A stretch of DNA of 64,000 bases from Bdellovibrionota bacterium. Lineage in GTDB: Bacteria; Bdellovibrionota_C; UBA2361; JBGSMV01. Shown piece after piece: positions 36,746 through 50,375 of this stretch (its first letter is position 1; every line of letters starts with the position of its first letter). Made by a program: the position numbers and the translations under genes. The notes under the pieces are model-generated. The model was not told where the DNA came from, did no database searches, and saw only the letters and a program-made list of their open reading frames with translations. The stretch lies in NCBI GenBank assembly GCA_041739995.1, contig JBGSMV010000026.1:32001-96000 (forward strand), read 5' to 3'.

Positions 36746-39700
36746 ATGGCATCAAAAGTTAAGACTAACCTCCGCCTTCGTCGCTCATACTCCAGAATAA
36801 GAGAAGTTACAGAGATTCCGAATCTCATATCAATACAAAAACGCTCTTACGATCGTTTTCTCCAGAAAGACACGGAAGCTGAAAAGCGAGAAGACATTGG
36901 TCTTCAACGTGTTTTCAAGTCAGTTTTTCCGATAAAAGATTACAACGGCACCGCTTCGCTGGAGTTCGTCTCGTACACACTTGGCGAGCCTAAATATGAT
37001 GTGGATGAGTGCCGCGCGCGTGGCATGACATGGGCCGCGCCACTTCGCGTGACCATCCAATTGGTTCTTTGGGACGTTGATCCCGAGTCAGGTGCGAAGA
37101 ACCTTAACGCTCTCAAGGAAGACGTCGTTTACTTCGGCGAAATTCCTCTCATGACCGAGAAGGGCACGTTCCTTGTGAACGGCACCGAGCGTGTGATCGT
37201 CAGTCAGCTGCACAGATCTCCGGGCGTCTTCTTCGACCATGATGATGGGAAGGGGCACGTATCTGGAAAGTTGCTGTACTCCGCTCGAGTGATCCCTTAT
37301 CGCGGATCGTGGCTCGATTTCGAATTCGATATTAAGGACGTGTTGTTCTGTCGCATTGATCGACGACGAAAGCTTAATGCTTCCGTATTGCTGCGCGCTC
37401 TTGGCATGTCAGCCGATGAAGTTCTGGATTACTTCTACAAGAAGGACATCCTCACCTTCGGCAAGCGCGGCGTGATGACCAAGCAGTTCGTGCCTGACCA
37501 GCTCGAAGGACAGAAGTCTTTTGCTGAGATCAAAATTGGCGGAAAAGCTCTTGTGCGCCAGGGTGGTAAGTTCAACCGGGCGGTTATTCGACGCTTAAAG
37601 GAAGCCGAGGTTGATTCAATCGAAATCGATCCTGATTCAGTAGCAGGAATGATAAGCGCCGACACGATTGTTCGTGTTGATGAGGATATTCTTCATCCTA
37701 AGAAGAATGAAATCATCGCCAGCGCTGGCGAGATCTTCATGGGCTGGGAAGCCATTCACGAGCGCTTCGGAAAGGTAGCGGAGAGCTTCGACGAAGAGGT
37801 CGCAAAGACCCTATTCGCTAAGATCTCAGTTCTTGTTTATGCCGGAGAGCAAATCTCCCCTGACAAGATAAATGCTAAGGGCGAGGTCGTTGAGACTGGC
37901 ACGCTCACCTTGTTGCGCGACTTGCAGATTTCCTCGATTCGAGTGCTCTACGTCGATGATCACCATATCGGTGAAGCGTTGGTGAAGACGCTCCTTACGG
38001 ATAAAATGAATCCGGAGAGAGAAGATCTTTATTCACGTCTGATTGGGAAGCCAACTACCGATAGTTTGATCGAAATCTACCGCAGGCTTCGTCCGGGCGA
38101 TCCTCCACGTCCAGAGACGGCGAGCGCCACGTTTAAGAATTTGTTCTTTAACGGCGAACGCTACGATCTCTCAGATATTGGTCGCTACAAGATCAATCAT
38201 AAATTGTACGTTTCTCAGGGTAGGGAAGCTCCTCCGCTTGATCAGGGTGTGCTCTCACCGGACGACATCAAGGAAGCAATTCGATACTTGCTCGAACTTC
38301 GTAACTCCACTGATGCAGCCAGATACTCTATTGATGACATCGATCATCTTGGTAACCGACGAGTTCGAGCGGTCGGTGAGTTGATCGAGAATCAGTATCG
38401 CATCGGTCTTGTGAGAATGGAGCGCGCCGTGAAGGAGCGCATGGGCATGCAGGACGTGGATACTCTCGTCCCGCAAGATCTCATCAACTACAAGCCAGTG
38501 GCTGCAGTAGTGAAGGAGTTCTTTGGTTCATCGCAACTCTCGCAGTTCATGGATCAAACCAATCCGCTGTCTGAAGTTACCCATAAGCGCAGACTTTCTG
38601 CCTTGGGACCAGGCGGACTAACTCGTGATCGCGCGGGCTTCGAAGTTCGTGACGTAAATCCGACTCACTATGGACGAATTTGTCCGATTGAGACTCCTGA
38701 GGGTCCGAATATCGGTCTTATTTCCTCTTTGGCCGTTTATGCACGGGTCAATGCGTTCGGATTCCTCGAAACCCCGTATCGTGTAGTCGATAACAACGGC
38801 ACGGTTACGGATGATATTGTGTATCTCTCAGCGCTCGAAGAAGAGCGCGATACCATCGCTCCCGCGAGTGTAGGAATCGACGATAAGGGCCGTTTTAGGG
38901 ATCCGTCTCTGCCAGCTCGGCGCAATGGTGAGTACATTCTTTCTCCACAAGGAGAGGTCACTAAAGTTGACGTGAGTCCTAAGCAGATTGTGAGTGTGGC
39001 GGCTTCGCTCATTCCGTTCCTTGAGAATGATGACGCGAACCGCGCATTGATGGGTTCCAACATGCAACGTCAAGCGGTGCCGTGCTTGGTTGCTCAGGCG
39101 CCGATGGTCGGAACTGGAATGGAGCACATTGTTGCTCGCGATTCAGTGGCGACGGTATCGAGCAAGCGTTCAGGAAGTGTGGTGTCGGTAGATGCAGAGC
39201 GCATCGTTATCAAAGCCGACAAGATGACCGAAGATCCTCTGGATTCAGGTGTAGATATCTACAACCTGGTAAAATACAGAAGGTCGAACCAAAACACCTG
39301 CATTAACCAGCGCCCGATCGTTCGTGCGGGCGAGCGTATCGCCGCAGGCGAGGTGATGGCTGACGGTCCAAGTACTGAAATGGCTGAATTGGCGCTTGGG
39401 CAGAACTGCCTGGTCGCGTTCATGCCGTGGAATGGCTACAACTTCGAAGATTCCATTCTCATCAATGAGAATCTCGTCAAACGTGACGTGTTCACTTCAG
39501 TACACATTGAAGAGTTTGAATGCGTAGCGCGTGATACCAAGTTAGGCCGAGAAGAAATCACCCGCGATATTCCGAATGTCGGGGAAGAAGCTCTGAAGGA
39601 TCTTGATGAGTCCGGAATTATCCGTATCGGCGCCGAAGTGGTGCCGGGCGATATTCTGGTCGGAAAGATTACTCCTAAGAGCGAGACCCAGCTCAGCCCA

Positions 39701-41248
39701 GAAGAGAAGCTCTTGCGAGCGATCTTCGGAGAGAAGGCCGGCGAGGTTCGAGATACAAGTCTCAAGCTTCCTCCTGGGGTCGAAGGAACGATCATCGCTG
39801 CTCAAGTGTTCTCTCGAAAGGGAACAGATAAAGACGAGCGTATGCTCGCTATCGAGAAGCGAGAAATTGCTCGACTTGAACAGGACCAAAAAGACGAGAT
39901 CAACATCATTCGTGATGCAGCTCTTGGAGAGATCAAGCACCTACTGGTGGACAAGGAGATTTCAGCGCGTCTTGTTGATGACAAACGTCAGCAGCTGATT
40001 GCGAAGGGAACTATCTTGACTGCGGATATGCTCGAAGGCGTGCCTTTCGAGTATTTGCGCGACATTCAAGTCGGTGACGAGCCAGCTCAAGAGACGATTA
40101 ACCGAATCGTGGTGCGAGCAGGTCAACGAATCAATAACAAACGCGCAGCACTGGCTGAGAAGATCAAGCGCCTCAAAGAGGGTGATGAACTTGCCCCCGG
40201 CGTGATCAAGATGGTCAAAGTCTTTGTTGCCATCAAGCGTAAGATTCAAGTCGGCGACAAGTTGGCAGGACGTCACGGTAACAAGGGTGTGCTCTCGAAG
40301 GTCGTGCCTGTTGAGGACATGCCTTACCTTGCCGACGGTACTCCGGTAGACGTGGTTCTCAATCCGCTTGGTGTGCCTTCTCGTATGAACGTGGGCCAGA
40401 TTCTTGAAACTCACCTCGGGTGGGCTTCTTGGAGAATAGGGCAGGCGGTTGAGAATCTGTTGGAGCAGATAGTAGATCCGGGCACAGGCGCTGAGCTGTC
40501 ATGGGTCACTGCGGATCAGCGTCGAGAAGTCATTGCTCGTCTGCGTAATCTGCTGAAGCTTGCATTGCCTGACAAGGCTCAGAGCACTCTGATTGAATCG
40601 CTCAATGATGTGGGGCTTGTAGAGCTCGCTCGTCGTGAACGTCGCGGTGTGCACGTAGCTTCGCCAGTATTTGATGCTTCCACTGAGGAAGACATAGAGA
40701 ATCTGATGAAGCTCACTGAAACCGATACGAGCGGTCAAGTGCAGCTCTATGACGGGCGAACTGGCGAAGCATTTGCAGAACGTTGCACCGTCGGCGTGAT
40801 GTACATGCTGAAGCTTGATCACCTTGTCGACGACAAGATTCATGCACGATCGATTGGACCATACTCGCTTGTGACGCAGCAGCCTCTTGGCGGTAAAGCC
40901 CAGTTCGGCGGTCAGCGACTTGGAGAAATGGAAGTGTGGGCGCTGGAAGCCTACGGCGCGGCTTTCACCTTGCAGGAATTCCTCACAGTGAAGTCGGATG
41001 ATGTGGCGGGTCGTACAAGAATGTACGAGTCGATTGTGAAGGGAGAGCACGTGCTTGAGCCCGGACTCCCCGAGTCATTCAACGTCATGATGAAGGAGCT
41101 TCAGTCGCTTGCGCTTGATGTAGAGCTCGTAGAAGAGGGGGTCCCTGCCATTGCGGGTGATTCACTCGATGCTGGTGAAGCGGTTGCTACGGAATCAACG
41201 ACGCTGATTGCGAGCGCCTCTGAATCAAATGGGGCGAGCGTTCAATAG
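36746..41248 (+). CDS. rpoB: DNA-directed RNA polymerase subunit beta
   Basis: [59 protein letters not shown]. Confidence 0.99.
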   Translation: MASKVKTNLRLRRSYSRIREVTEIPNLISIQKRSYDRFLQKDTEAEKREDIGLQRVFKSVFPIKDYNGTASLEFVSYTLGEPKYDVDECRARGMTWAAPLRVTIQLVLWDVDPESGAKNLNALKEDVVYFGEIPLMTEKGTFLVNGTERVIVSQLHRSPGVFFDHDDGKGHVSGKLLYSARVIPYRGSWLDFEFDIKDVLFCRIDRRRKLNASVLLRALGMSADEVLDYFYKKDILTFGKRGVMTKQFVPDQLEGQKSFAEIKIGGKALVRQGGKFNRAVIRRLKEAEVDSIEIDPDSVAGMISADTIVRVDEDILHPKKNEIIASAGEIFMGWEAIHERFGKVAESFDEEVAKTLFAKISVLVYAGEQISPDKINAKGEVVETGTLTLLRDLQISSIRVLYVDDHHIGEALVKTLLTDKMNPEREDLYSRLIGKPTTDSLIEIYRRLRPGDPPRPETASATFKNLFFNGERYDLSDIGRYKINHKLYVSQGREAPPLDQGVLSPDDIKEAIRYLLELRNSTDAARYSIDDIDHLGNRRVRAVGELIENQYRIGLVRMERAVKERMGMQDVDTLVPQDLINYKPVAAVVKEFFGSSQLSQFMDQTNPLSEVTHKRRLSALGPGGLTRDRAGFEVRDVNPTHYGRICPIETPEGPNIGLISSLAVYARVNAFGFLETPYRVVDNNGTVTDDIVYLSALEEERDTIAPASVGIDDKGRFRDPSLPARRNGEYILSPQGEVTKVDVSPKQIVSVAASLIPFLENDDANRALMGSNMQRQAVPCLVAQAPMVGTGMEHIVARDSVATVSSKRSGSVVSVDAERIVIKADKMTEDPLDSGVDIYNLVKYRRSNQNTCINQRPIVRAGERIAAGEVMADGPSTEMAELALGQNCLVAFMPWNGYNFEDSILINENLVKRDVFTSVHIEEFECVARDTKLGREEITRDIPNVGEEALKDLDESGIIRIGAEVVPGDILVGKITPKSETQLSPEEKLLRAIFGEKAGEVRDTSLKLPPGVEGTIIAAQVFSRKGTDKDERMLAIEKREIARLEQDQKDEINIIRDAALGEIKHLLVDKEISARLVDDKRQQLIAKGTILTADMLEGVPFEYLRDIQVGDEPAQETINRIVVRAGQRINNKRAALAEKIKRLKEGDELAPGVIKMVKVFVAIKRKIQVGDKLAGRHGNKGVLSKVVPVEDMPYLADGTPVDVVLNPLGVPSRMNVGQILETHLGWASWRIGQAVENLLEQIVDPGTGAELSWVTADQRREVIARLRNLLKLALPDKAQSTLIESLNDVGLVELARRERRGVHVASPVFDASTEEDIENLMKLTETDTSGQVQLYDGRTGEAFAERCTVGVMYMLKLDHLVDDKIHARSIGPYSLVTQQPLGGKAQFGGQRLGEMEVWALEAYGAAFTLQEFLTVKSDDVAGRTRMYESIVKGEHVLEPGLPESFNVMMKELQSLALDVELVEEGVPAIAGDSLDAGEAVATESTTLIASASESNGASVQ

Positions 41249-41364
41249 GCGCCAGGACCTAAAAGTGTAGCTGTAGAGAATGGCAAACGTTCGCTGGAGG
41301 CCAGTAAAGGCTCCAGCGAACGAAGTAAGAATTTTTTAGAAGTCGACGTACAAGGTACTTACTT

Positions 41365-44300
41365 ATGAGCATGGACGACCTCTTTAGTCTCTTCGAAAAG
41401 CCAAAGAACCCAATCAAGTTCAATGCGCTTCAGATAAAAATCGCGAGCCCTGAGAAAATCAAGAGCTGGTCATTTGGGGAAGTGACGAAGCCAGAGACGA
41501 TCAACTATCGAACTCTCAAGCCTGAGCGTGATGGATTGTTCTGCGCTAAGATTTTCGGCCCAGTGAAGGACTACGAGTGTATTTGCGGCAAGTACAAGCG
41601 CCTTCGTCATCGCGGCGTGGTCTGCGAGAAGTGCGGCGTTGAAGTTATCCAGAGCAAGGTGCGTCGTGAGCGAATGGGGCACATTGAGCTGGCATGCCCG
41701 GTTGCCCACATTTGGTTCCTCAAGAGTTTGCCGAGCCGCATTGGTGCGGTGCTTGATGTAACTCTGCGTGATCTTGAGAAAGTTCTTTATTTCGAGAACT
41801 ACATTGTTACCGATCCTGGCGAGACCTCGGATTTGGAAGCAGGACAGTTGCTCACTGAGCGCGAATACCGATTGCTTCGTGATCAATATGGTGCGCGCTT
41901 TTCAGCAGGCATGGGAGCCGACACGGTTCTTGAAATGCTTAAGAAAATCGAGGTCGATCCGCTTTGCCAGTCGTTGCGAGCTGAACTCAAGACCGTTACC
42001 TCTGAAGCCAAGCGCAAGAAAATTGCAAAGAGACTCAAAGTCCTTACGGCATTTCAGACCAGCGGCAACCTTCCTGATTGGATGATCATGACGGTCGTTC
42101 CGGTAATCCCACCGGATCTTCGACCGCTTGTTCCTCTTGATGGTGGAAGGTTTGCGACTAGCGATCTCAATGATCTCTATCGTCGAGTGATCAACCGTAA
42201 TAATCGTCTGAAGAGACTGATTGAGCTTAAAGCCCCCGACATTATCATCCGCAACGAGAAGAGAATGTTGCAGGAGTCCGTGGACGCATTGTTCGACAAT
42301 GGTCGCCGTGGAAGAACCATCACCGGGCCTAATAAGCGTCCGCTGAAGTCTCTCTCTGACATGTTGAAGGGTAAAGGCGGACGTTTCCGTCAGAACCTTC
42401 TCGGTAAGCGTGTAGACTACTCTGGTCGTTCCGTAATCGTAGTGGGTCCTGAACTACGACTCCATCAGTGCGGGCTTCCTAAGAAGATGGCGCTCGAGCT
42501 GTTTAAGCCCTTCATCTACAACAAGCTTGAAGAGCGTGGTTATGTAACCACGATCAAGAGCGCGAAGAAGATGGTAGAAAAGGAGAAGGGTGTCGTTTGG
42601 GACATCCTCGACGAAGTGATTAAGGAGCATCCTGTTCTCCTCAATCGAGCACCGACCTTGCATCGTCTTGGTATTCAGGCTTTTGAGCCACTTTTGATTG
42701 AAGGTAAGGCTATTCAGCTGCACCCATTAGTTTGTACCGCCTTTAACGCTGACTTTGACGGCGATCAAATGGCTGTGCACGTCCCGCTATCAGTTGAAGC
42801 GCAGGTTGAGTCACGAGTGTTGATGATGTCGACCAATAATATTTTGAGCCCACGAGACGGTAAGCCGATCATCGTGCCATCTCAAGATATTGTGTTGGGG
42901 CTCTACTACATGACCCGCGAGCGACCTTTTGCTGCGGGCGAGGGGAAGATCTTCTCAAATCCTGATGAAGTCTGGCTTGCGTGGCAGGCTCGTGAAATCG
43001 CCCTTCAGGCCAAGATAGTGTGCCGTATTAAGGAAGAGCGAGTTGAGACAACTGTTGGACGAGTCTTGCTCTATCATCTCATGCCACGAGTGTTGCCGTT
43101 TAAGCACTACAACAGGGTGTTTAAGAAGAAGGAAATTGGAAACCTCATTGATGAGAGTTTCCGTATCTCCGGAAATAAGGCCACAGTAATTCTGGCGGAT
43201 AGGCTCAAGGACATCGGCTATCAGTTCGCTACTGAAGCGGGTATCTCGATTGGTCTGCATGACATGGCGATTCCTGAGAGCAAGAAAACCTTGCTTGATG
43301 ATGCCGATCGCAGAGTTGCCGAGATTGATAACCAGTACCAAGAGGGATTAATCACCTCTGGAGAGCGCTACAATAAAGTCATCGATATTTGGTCTGACGT
43401 TGGTGATCGAATTGCCGACGACATGATGCTGGGCATCTCGACTGCGGAGTTCCGTAGGAGTGACTTGCGTCGTGGGGAAGGAGAATCAGGATCGGCGGTT
43501 GTGGGAGATGAAACCAGAAAAGGACCATCTTTCAACTCGATCTTCATCATGGCCGATTCCGGAGCGCGAGGATCTAACCAGCAGATTCGTCAGTTGGCGG
43601 GGATGAGAGGACTGATGGCAAAGCCTGACGGTTCCATCATCGAGCAGCCGATTAAGGCGAACCTGCGTGAAGGATTGAGCGTTCTTCAGTACTTCGTGTC
43701 TACCCACGGTGCCCGTAAGGGTCTCGCGGATACGGCGCTTAAGACCGCGAACTCTGGATACCTGACTCGTCGTCTCGTAGACGTTGCCCAAGACTGTATC
43801 GTTACAGGCTTTGATTGCGGAACGGCCGACGGCATGGAGGTCTCTGCCTTAATTGAAGGCGGCGAGGAGATCGAGTCGTTGACCAACCGAATTCTCGGGC
43901 GCATTGCGGCCGAGGACATTCGTGATCCAATCACCAATGACATTTTGGTGAATAGGAACGAGGAGATCGACGAGGAGAAGTCTGCGGCAGTTACGGCAGC
44001 CGGACTCGATACTGTATTCATTCGCTCAGCGTTGACTTGTGAGTCTGAACGAGGGGTGTGTATCTCCTGTTACGGACGTGATCTTGCACGAGGGCATGTA
44101 GTGAACCTCGGAGAGGCAGTCGGAGTTATCGCAGCGCAGTGTATCGGTGAGCCTGGTACTCAGCTGACCATGAGAACGTTCCACATCGGTGGTGCGGCAT
44201 CTGGACGAGCTGAACAAACTTCGCTTGAGGCACGTTACGCAGGTAGCGTTCGATTCGAGGGCGTGAAGCTTGCGACCCGTAAAGACGGTACCTCAGTGGT

Positions 44301-45537
44301 CATGAGCCGCAAATCAGAGCTCGTGATATTTGATCCATCCGACAATCGCGAACGTGAACGTCACCAGCTTGTGTACGGTGCTCGTCTCAAGGTGAAGGAC
44401 GGCGATGTTGTCGATGCGGGACAGAACCTGTGCGAATGGGATCCGTTCTCCATACCAATTCTTTCCGAGCTTGCCGGCCGCGTTGAGTGGCAGGACATCA
44501 ACGAGCACACGATGGAGGAGCGAACTGATGAGCGCACCGGGTTCTCGGAGCGTGAAATTGTTCAATCTAAAGACAAGGGCTCAGATTTCCGACCGCGCGT
44601 AGTTATCTACGGCGAGAACGGACAGAGCAGGGTCTATAACTTGCCCGTCGGTGTTCGTGTAACGCTTGAGCACAATAGTGACATTGATGCTGGTGATGTA
44701 GTCGCGAAGCGTGAGCGAGCAACCACTAAGACCAAGGATATCACCGGAGGTCTTCCTCGGGTTGTCGAGCTTTTCGAAGCGCGTAAACCTAAGGATCCTG
44801 CCGAAGTATCAGAGGTCGACGGTGTTGTTGATTTCGGCGAAGATCTTCGTGGCAAGCGCCGCGTAGTGGTCACCCCAGATGCGGGTGAGCCGCGTGAGTA
44901 CTTGATCGCAAAGACCAAGCACATCTCGGTTCAAAAAGGTGATCGCGTTAAGGCGGGTGAGGCCATCACAGAGGGTGCCGTGAATCCGCACGAGATTTTG
45001 CGTATCGAGGGCATCAGCGCACTCGCCGCGTATCTTGTGAACGAAATTCAGGAAATCTACCGACTTCAGGGTGTGCGCATTAATGACAAGCACATCGAAG
45101 TTATCGTTCGCCAGATGATGAGACGAGTGCGAGTGGTTGATCCTGGCGACACCTTGTTCTTGCCAGGTGAGGCATATGAGCGACTTCGTGTGGTTCAAGA
45201 CAACCAGAGAGTGGTTGCTGAGGGCTTGAAGCCTGCTTCGTACGAGCCGCTATTGCTCGGAATCACCAAGGCATCACTGTCGACAGAGTCGTTCATCTCA
45301 GCAGCGAGCTTCCAAGAGACCACCAAGGTGCTCACTGAAGCAGCGGTGTCTGGACGAATTGACTTTCTGCGTGGCCTTAAAGAGAACGTCATCATGGGAC
45401 GTCTCATTCCTGCCGGTTCTGGGGTAACCCAGTATGGGGAGCGGAATGTGAAGGTTGAAGGCAGCGAGCCAGTTCCTGTGCGGACTGAAGCTCGAATCAG
45501 TCAGACTTCACTTGAGTCCCTCGCTGGGCTGCTATAG
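41365..45537 (+). CDS. rpoC: DNA-directed RNA polymerase subunit beta'
   Basis: Zn ribbon [15 protein letters not shown] active site, [25 protein letters not shown]. Confidence 0.99.
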   Translation: MSMDDLFSLFEKPKNPIKFNALQIKIASPEKIKSWSFGEVTKPETINYRTLKPERDGLFCAKIFGPVKDYECICGKYKRLRHRGVVCEKCGVEVIQSKVRRERMGHIELACPVAHIWFLKSLPSRIGAVLDVTLRDLEKVLYFENYIVTDPGETSDLEAGQLLTEREYRLLRDQYGARFSAGMGADTVLEMLKKIEVDPLCQSLRAELKTVTSEAKRKKIAKRLKVLTAFQTSGNLPDWMIMTVVPVIPPDLRPLVPLDGGRFATSDLNDLYRRVINRNNRLKRLIELKAPDIIIRNEKRMLQESVDALFDNGRRGRTITGPNKRPLKSLSDMLKGKGGRFRQNLLGKRVDYSGRSVIVVGPELRLHQCGLPKKMALELFKPFIYNKLEERGYVTTIKSAKKMVEKEKGVVWDILDEVIKEHPVLLNRAPTLHRLGIQAFEPLLIEGKAIQLHPLVCTAFNADFDGDQMAVHVPLSVEAQVESRVLMMSTNNILSPRDGKPIIVPSQDIVLGLYYMTRERPFAAGEGKIFSNPDEVWLAWQAREIALQAKIVCRIKEERVETTVGRVLLYHLMPRVLPFKHYNRVFKKKEIGNLIDESFRISGNKATVILADRLKDIGYQFATEAGISIGLHDMAIPESKKTLLDDADRRVAEIDNQYQEGLITSGERYNKVIDIWSDVGDRIADDMMLGISTAEFRRSDLRRGEGESGSAVVGDETRKGPSFNSIFIMADSGARGSNQQIRQLAGMRGLMAKPDGSIIEQPIKANLREGLSVLQYFVSTHGARKGLADTALKTANSGYLTRRLVDVAQDCIVTGFDCGTADGMEVSALIEGGEEIESLTNRILGRIAAEDIRDPITNDILVNRNEEIDEEKSAAVTAAGLDTVFIRSALTCESERGVCISCYGRDLARGHVVNLGEAVGVIAAQCIGEPGTQLTMRTFHIGGAASGRAEQTSLEARYAGSVRFEGVKLATRKDGTSVVMSRKSELVIFDPSDNRERERHQLVYGARLKVKDGDVVDAGQNLCEWDPFSIPILSELAGRVEWQDINEHTMEERTDERTGFSEREIVQSKDKGSDFRPRVVIYGENGQSRVYNLPVGVRVTLEHNSDIDAGDVVAKRERATTKTKDITGGLPRVVELFEARKPKDPAEVSEVDGVVDFGEDLRGKRRVVVTPDAGEPREYLIAKTKHISVQKGDRVKAGEAITEGAVNPHEILRIEGISALAAYLVNEIQEIYRLQGVRINDKHIEVIVRQMMRRVRVVDPGDTLFLPGEAYERLRVVQDNQRVVAEGLKPASYEPLLLGITKASLSTESFISAASFQETTKVLTEAAVSGRIDFLRGLKENVIMGRLIPAGSGVTQYGERNVKVEGSEPVPVRTEARISQTSLESLAGLL

Positions 45538-45560
45538 GCCTCGTCTCACTGGGCGAGCTT

Positions 45561-45596
45561 TCTCTCAGGGACCCTTTCTTTTGGGTCCCTGAGAGA
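45561..45596 (+). terminator. Strong hairpin after rpoC
   Basis: 14-bp perfect inverted repeat tctctcagggaccc/gggtccctgagaga; no U-tract. Confidence 0.5.
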
Positions 45597-46624
45597 CACA
45601 CATCAACGTCACACTGGCTTGGAGAGCCCTGAAATAGGGATCTGTGTGTTCCCCGTAGCCCTACCTTGCCCTCTGAGTGAGAATTTCAGTTAAGCACCTC
45701 TCTCGCCGAGCTCGTTGTGTAATTCATTAAAGATATTCACAAAGAGATTAGCGAGCACATCGAGAATTACTCATCGAACTCTTCACTAAGGAGAGTGGCG
45801 CTCGTCGCTCTTGTCGCACAGGCTCGTAACCAGCTGAAAACAAACAGATTATTTACGAAGTAGGGGGCTCTTCGCCCATTACTGCTGCGCCAGAGCGAGA
45901 TGTCCTGTCAAAGCCTCCCTCAGAGCTTATTGGTGAGGAAGGAGAACCGAGATGACGTTTTTGCGGCAGCTATTCTGGGACTTTGGGGTGCGGGGGCCCG
46001 TGAGTATCCGCTAATTTTGTGGTAAACACCCTGTAGATTTCGGCTTGAGAGGATCTGAGGTTCGGTGTACGGGCAACAGAGACTATTTGGAAGTTCTACA
46101 TACGGTTTTCGCGTTTTAAACGCGCGTATGTTTGACTCTAATGCCTCCCGCATGATACCTATCCGCCGTCTTTAACAAGGACATGTTCAGCGCTTTTTGG
46201 GCGTTTCTTGGCCTTTCGAGAGTCTCTTTTATTCGCCTTCTACTGGCCGCATTCTTCGCTGAATGTACCTTTAGAAAGTGCGGGGGTGCTTCCATGAGAG
46301 CGCTCTATAAGAAGAACCTCTGCGAAAGCAAACTGAGAGGCTCCACACGAGGAGTTTTATTGAAACGCCTCGTACTGGAAGTAATGAGAGATGCAAGGCT
46401 TTTCCCTGGGAAAGTAGCCATCTTCAGGCATGTACTTGAGTTAGGAGTTCGCTGCCAGGTCTTTGCCCTTGTCAGTAAGTCACAGTATTTATGTTTCTTG
46501 TTTCGATTTCTTCGAAGCGAGCGCTGGGACGAATGCACGAGAGCGATTACCGATGGTCCCTGAAAGATTGTTTCTTGCAGGGTCTACGCTTGAAAATAAT
46601 GAGGCTGTGTCTAAAAAGGTTAGT

Positions 46625-46680
46625 GCCTAATAAGGCTCTGGCCTAATGAAGAACTGGCCTAATGAAGCTTTGGCTTCATG
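46625..46680. repeat. 16-bp degenerate tandem repeat x3.5
   Basis: gcctaataaggctctg gcctaatgaagaactg gcctaatgaagctttg gcttcatg. Confidence 0.8.
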
Positions 46681-47012
46681 TTAAGTTCGAGAGAGTAGGT
46701 CCAGTAAGTAACCGCGTTTCGGGCTCGATTCGTCTCCCCAGGAGAAAGCAGCTACATAGTTTTTCGGTGTTACGTGCGGTATTAGCTTATCCGCGTAACT
46801 AGAGTGCAGTTAGCTAGAGTGCGGTACTGGCGTGCAGTGAGCATGTTGGTCTGATTTCTCTAGTCTGGGTGCCGTTCCTTCTGAAGTGGTGTCGGCTTCT
46901 GGAGTAGTGTGATTCGAGAGGATTTTCGAAATTTGAGCTTGCTTTAGAGATGCTCATATTGTCCGAAGAGAATCGCGAGATTTAGGATTTTTTAAACGAA
47001 GAGAAGGTACAG

Positions 47013-47384
47013 ATGCCAACGATTAATCAGCTCGTTCGTCATCGTCGCGGAAACAAGAACCGACGAAGTAAGTCGCCTGCACTGATGTCATGCCCACAGC
47101 GAAGAGGTGTGTGCACGCGCGTGTATACTATGACCCCTAAGAAGCCGAATTCGGCTCTTCGAAAAGTAGCGCGTGTTCGCTTGACGAGTGGGATTGAAAT
47201 CACCAGCTACATTCCTGGAGTAGGGCATAACCTGCAGGAGCATTCGGTGGTTCTTGTTCGTGGTGGTCGAGTGAAGGATCTTCCCGGTTGTCGTTATCAC
47301 ACGGTGCGCGGAAAGCTTGAAGCGCATGGTGTTGCTGACAGAAAACAAAGTCGTTCTAAGTACGGAGCGAAGAGACCTAAATAA
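47013..47384 (+). CDS. rpsL: 30S ribosomal protein S12
   Basis: [29 protein letters not shown]. Confidence 0.99.
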   Translation: MPTINQLVRHRRGNKNRRSKSPALMSCPQRRGVCTRVYTMTPKKPNSALRKVARVRLTSGIEITSYIPGVGHNLQEHSVVLVRGGRVKDLPGCRYHTVRGKLEAHGVADRKQSRSKYGAKRPK

Positions 47385-47451
47385 TCACGGATTATCTCGC
47401 GGCGAGCTCGATTGTTGCGAATAGGATAGCGGTTAAGGAGAGCCAAATTTT

Positions 47452-47922
47452 ATGGCACGAAAGAAGAGAAATTTTAGTAGAGAAATACTCCCCGATCCAA
47501 AGTTTGGGGATGTGGTGGTTACTAAGACCATTAACTGTCTCATGTCCCATGGGAAGAAGGGCGTTGCAGAAAGAGCGCTTTATCATTCTCTAGAGAAGAT
47601 GGGTGAAAAGCTTGGTGGCGACGGCGTTGATAGTTTCCGAAAGGTTCTCTCCGCAATTCGTCCGATGGTCGAAGTGCGATCCCGCCGAGTGGGTGGAGCA
47701 ACCTATCAAGTGCCTACCGAGGTGCCTGCTGCGCGAGCGCAGTCGCTTGCGATTCGGTGGTTGGTAGAGGCGGCAAACCAAAGATCAGAGCGTACATTGG
47801 GCGAACGTCTTGCAGCAGAGATGATGGACGCGCTTCAGAATCGAGGCGTTGCCATGAAGAAGCGAGAAGATACGCATCGCATGGCGGACGCGAATAAGGC
47901 ATTCGCGCATTTCCGCTGGTAA
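47452..47922 (+). CDS. rpsG: 30S ribosomal protein S7
   Basis: PDPKF, SRRVGGATYQVP, HRMADANKAFAHFRW. Confidence 0.99.
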   Translation: MARKKRNFSREILPDPKFGDVVVTKTINCLMSHGKKGVAERALYHSLEKMGEKLGGDGVDSFRKVLSAIRPMVEVRSRRVGGATYQVPTEVPAARAQSLAIRWLVEAANQRSERTLGERLAAEMMDALQNRGVAMKKREDTHRMADANKAFAHFRW

Positions 47923-48047
47923 TTTGGTGCTGGTAGCAAGGTCTTCTGTCTGCTGACGTCGGAGTGCATTGAGAACAATGCGTTGAGAACTCCGGATTGT
48001 GGGCAGATGAAGTCGTAAGTTTTTAGGATATTTGAGAGACAGTTCAG

Positions 48048-50156
48048 GTGGCAAAGAAGGATCTTAGCAAAACTCGCAACATCGGCATCATGGCGCATAT
48101 CGATGCGGGTAAGACAACTACGTCCGAGCGCGTACTCTACTACACCGGTGTTAACTATAAGATCGGCGAAGTGCATGAGGGTGCGGCTACCATGGACTAC
48201 ATGGAGCTTGAGCAAGAGCGTGGAATTACCATTACCTCTGCTGCTACTACTTGCTTCTGGAAGGGGTCACACCGAGATCGACCAGAATATCAGATAAACT
48301 TGATCGATACTCCCGGACACGTTGATTTCACCATTGAAGTAGAGCGCAGTTTGCGAGTGCTTGACGGTGCGGTCGCGGTTTTTGACGGCGTAAATGGCGT
48401 AGAGCCACAGTCTGAGACGGTGTGGCGTCAAGGCAACAAATTCAAAGTTCCTCGAATCTGTTTCATCAACAAGATGGATCGTATCGGCGCGGACTTCCAG
48501 ATGTCACTCGAGTCGATTCATGAGCGACTTGGTGCGAGAGCAGTTCCGATTCAGCTTCCGATTGGTGCGGAGAGCGCGTTTCTCGGAGTAATCGACCTGG
48601 TGGGGATGAAGGCCATCACCTACAAGGATGAGACTAAGGGTGCAGAGTTTGATCTTGGTGAAATCCCAGCCGAACTTCTTGATGGTGCAAAGTCTGCTCG
48701 CGAGCATCTGGTCGAAGCAGTTTCTGAGTGCGATGAAGCGTTGACCGAGAAGTATATCGGTGGCGTGGAGATTACTGAAGACGAGCTTCGCGCAGGTATC
48801 CGACGCGCCACTATTGCGATGCAGATTTTTCCAGTTCTGTGTGGCAGTGCTTTCAAGAATAAGGGCGTGCAGCCACTGCTTGATGCCGTTGTAGATTATC
48901 TCCCTTCACCCCTCGAAGTACCTGCGATTAAAGGGTTCGTGCCAGGGAAGAAGAAAGGCGAGGAAGTTGAGCTGATACGAGAAGCGAATGGCGAGCAGCC
49001 ATTTTGTGCGCTTGCATTCAAGATCATCACTGATCCCTACGTTGGTGTGTTGACGTTCTTCCGAATGTATTCGGGAACTCTCACTCCGGGCACTACGGTT
49101 CTTAACACCACGCGCGATAGAAAAGAGCGCATTGGTCGAATTCTTCGTATCCATGCAGATAAGCGCGAGGAAATGAAAGAGATTCAGGCCGGGGATATCG
49201 GTGCAGCGGTTGGTCTTAAAGAGACGATTACTGGCGACACCTTGGCCGATCCAGAGAATCCAATTCTTCTTGATAGTATCTATGCGCCTGAGCCGGTTAT
49301 TAGCATCGCTATCGAGCCAAAGACCAAAGTAGACGAAGAGAAGCTTGGACTTAGCTTGATGAAGCTGGCCAAAGAGGATCCATCGCTTCGAGTCCGAGTC
49401 GACCAAGAGTCGGGCCAGACCATCATTTCCGGAATGGGAGAGTTGCATCTCGATATTATTCAGCAGCGCATGCAACGAGAGTTCGGTGTCGAAACCACCA
49501 CTGGTAAGCCACAGGTGGCCTACCGTGAGTCAATTGTCGGCAAGGCCGAGAACGAGACCAAGTATGCCAAGTATGCCAAGCAGACTGGTGGTCGTGGGCA
49601 GTTCGGTCATGTGCATCTTCGTGTAGAGCCGCTTCCTCCTGGTTCTGGCGTGCAGTTCTCTGATGAGATTAAGGGCGGAGTTATTCCAAAGGAATACATT
49701 CCTGCCGTTGAAGATGGCGCGCTCGAAGCTTTGACCGGCGGTGTGCTTGCCGGCTACCCACTGATCGATATCAAGGTGACGCTATTTTACGGTAGTTACC
49801 ATGAAGTTGATTCAAGTGAGATGGCTTTCAAAATTGCAGGATCGATCTGCGTGAAGGAAGCTTGCCGCAAGGCGAAGATTCAGCTGCTTGAGCCAATTAT
49901 GTTCGTAGAAGTGGTTTCGCCGGACGAGTTCATCAGTAACGTCGTTGGTGATTTGAACCGCAGACGTGCAAGAATTTTGGGTATGGAGCCTAGAGGCGGT
50001 GGACAGGCTGTGAAGTCTGAAGTTCCATTGTCCGAAATGTTTGGGTACTCGACTGATTTACGTTCGAGTTCTCAAGGTCGGGCGACATTCACAATGGAAT
50101 ATCACCACTACGCACCGGTGCCTGTGCATATTGCAGAGAGCATTGCGGCTAAGTGA
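48048..50156 (+). CDS. fusA: Elongation factor G
   Basis: [56 protein letters not shown] start. Confidence 0.99.
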   Translation: MAKKDLSKTRNIGIMAHIDAGKTTTSERVLYYTGVNYKIGEVHEGAATMDYMELEQERGITITSAATTCFWKGSHRDRPEYQINLIDTPGHVDFTIEVERSLRVLDGAVAVFDGVNGVEPQSETVWRQGNKFKVPRICFINKMDRIGADFQMSLESIHERLGARAVPIQLPIGAESAFLGVIDLVGMKAITYKDETKGAEFDLGEIPAELLDGAKSAREHLVEAVSECDEALTEKYIGGVEITEDELRAGIRRATIAMQIFPVLCGSAFKNKGVQPLLDAVVDYLPSPLEVPAIKGFVPGKKKGEEVELIREANGEQPFCALAFKIITDPYVGVLTFFRMYSGTLTPGTTVLNTTRDRKERIGRILRIHADKREEMKEIQAGDIGAAVGLKETITGDTLADPENPILLDSIYAPEPVISIAIEPKTKVDEEKLGLSLMKLAKEDPSLRVRVDQESGQTIISGMGELHLDIIQQRMQREFGVETTTGKPQVAYRESIVGKAENETKYAKYAKQTGGRGQFGHVHLRVEPLPPGSGVQFSDEIKGGVIPKEYIPAVEDGALEALTGGVLAGYPLIDIKVTLFYGSYHEVDSSEMAFKIAGSICVKEACRKAKIQLLEPIMFVEVVSPDEFISNVVGDLNRRRARILGMEPRGGGQAVKSEVPLSEMFGYSTDLRSSSQGRATFTMEYHHYAPVPVHIAESIAAK

Positions 50157-50375
50157 GTACTGAGAAATTTGGACTAGGTTTTCATACTGTTTTTTGATTG
50201 GGTTTTTGTTTTCGAGTGAGTGAGTTGTTAGAGGAGCAGGCTGAGAGGAGTTTCTATCTCAGCTGAAGCGCAATAGGCACCGACCATAGAATAATGGGAC
50301 AGTGTGGAGTGCGTGCGTTGTTTCTCTAGCGAAAGTTTTTTTGTAGCGAACGGATTGTATTGAGGAATATTAAGT

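Noticed and set aside
38515..38620. Possible rifampicin-resistance substitutions in RpoB
   Set aside because: Cluster I reads [25 protein letters not shown], the typical sensitive sequence
45920..46563. Small ORFs in the rpoC-rpsL gap
   Set aside because: No SD, no family motifs, mutually overlapping on both strands
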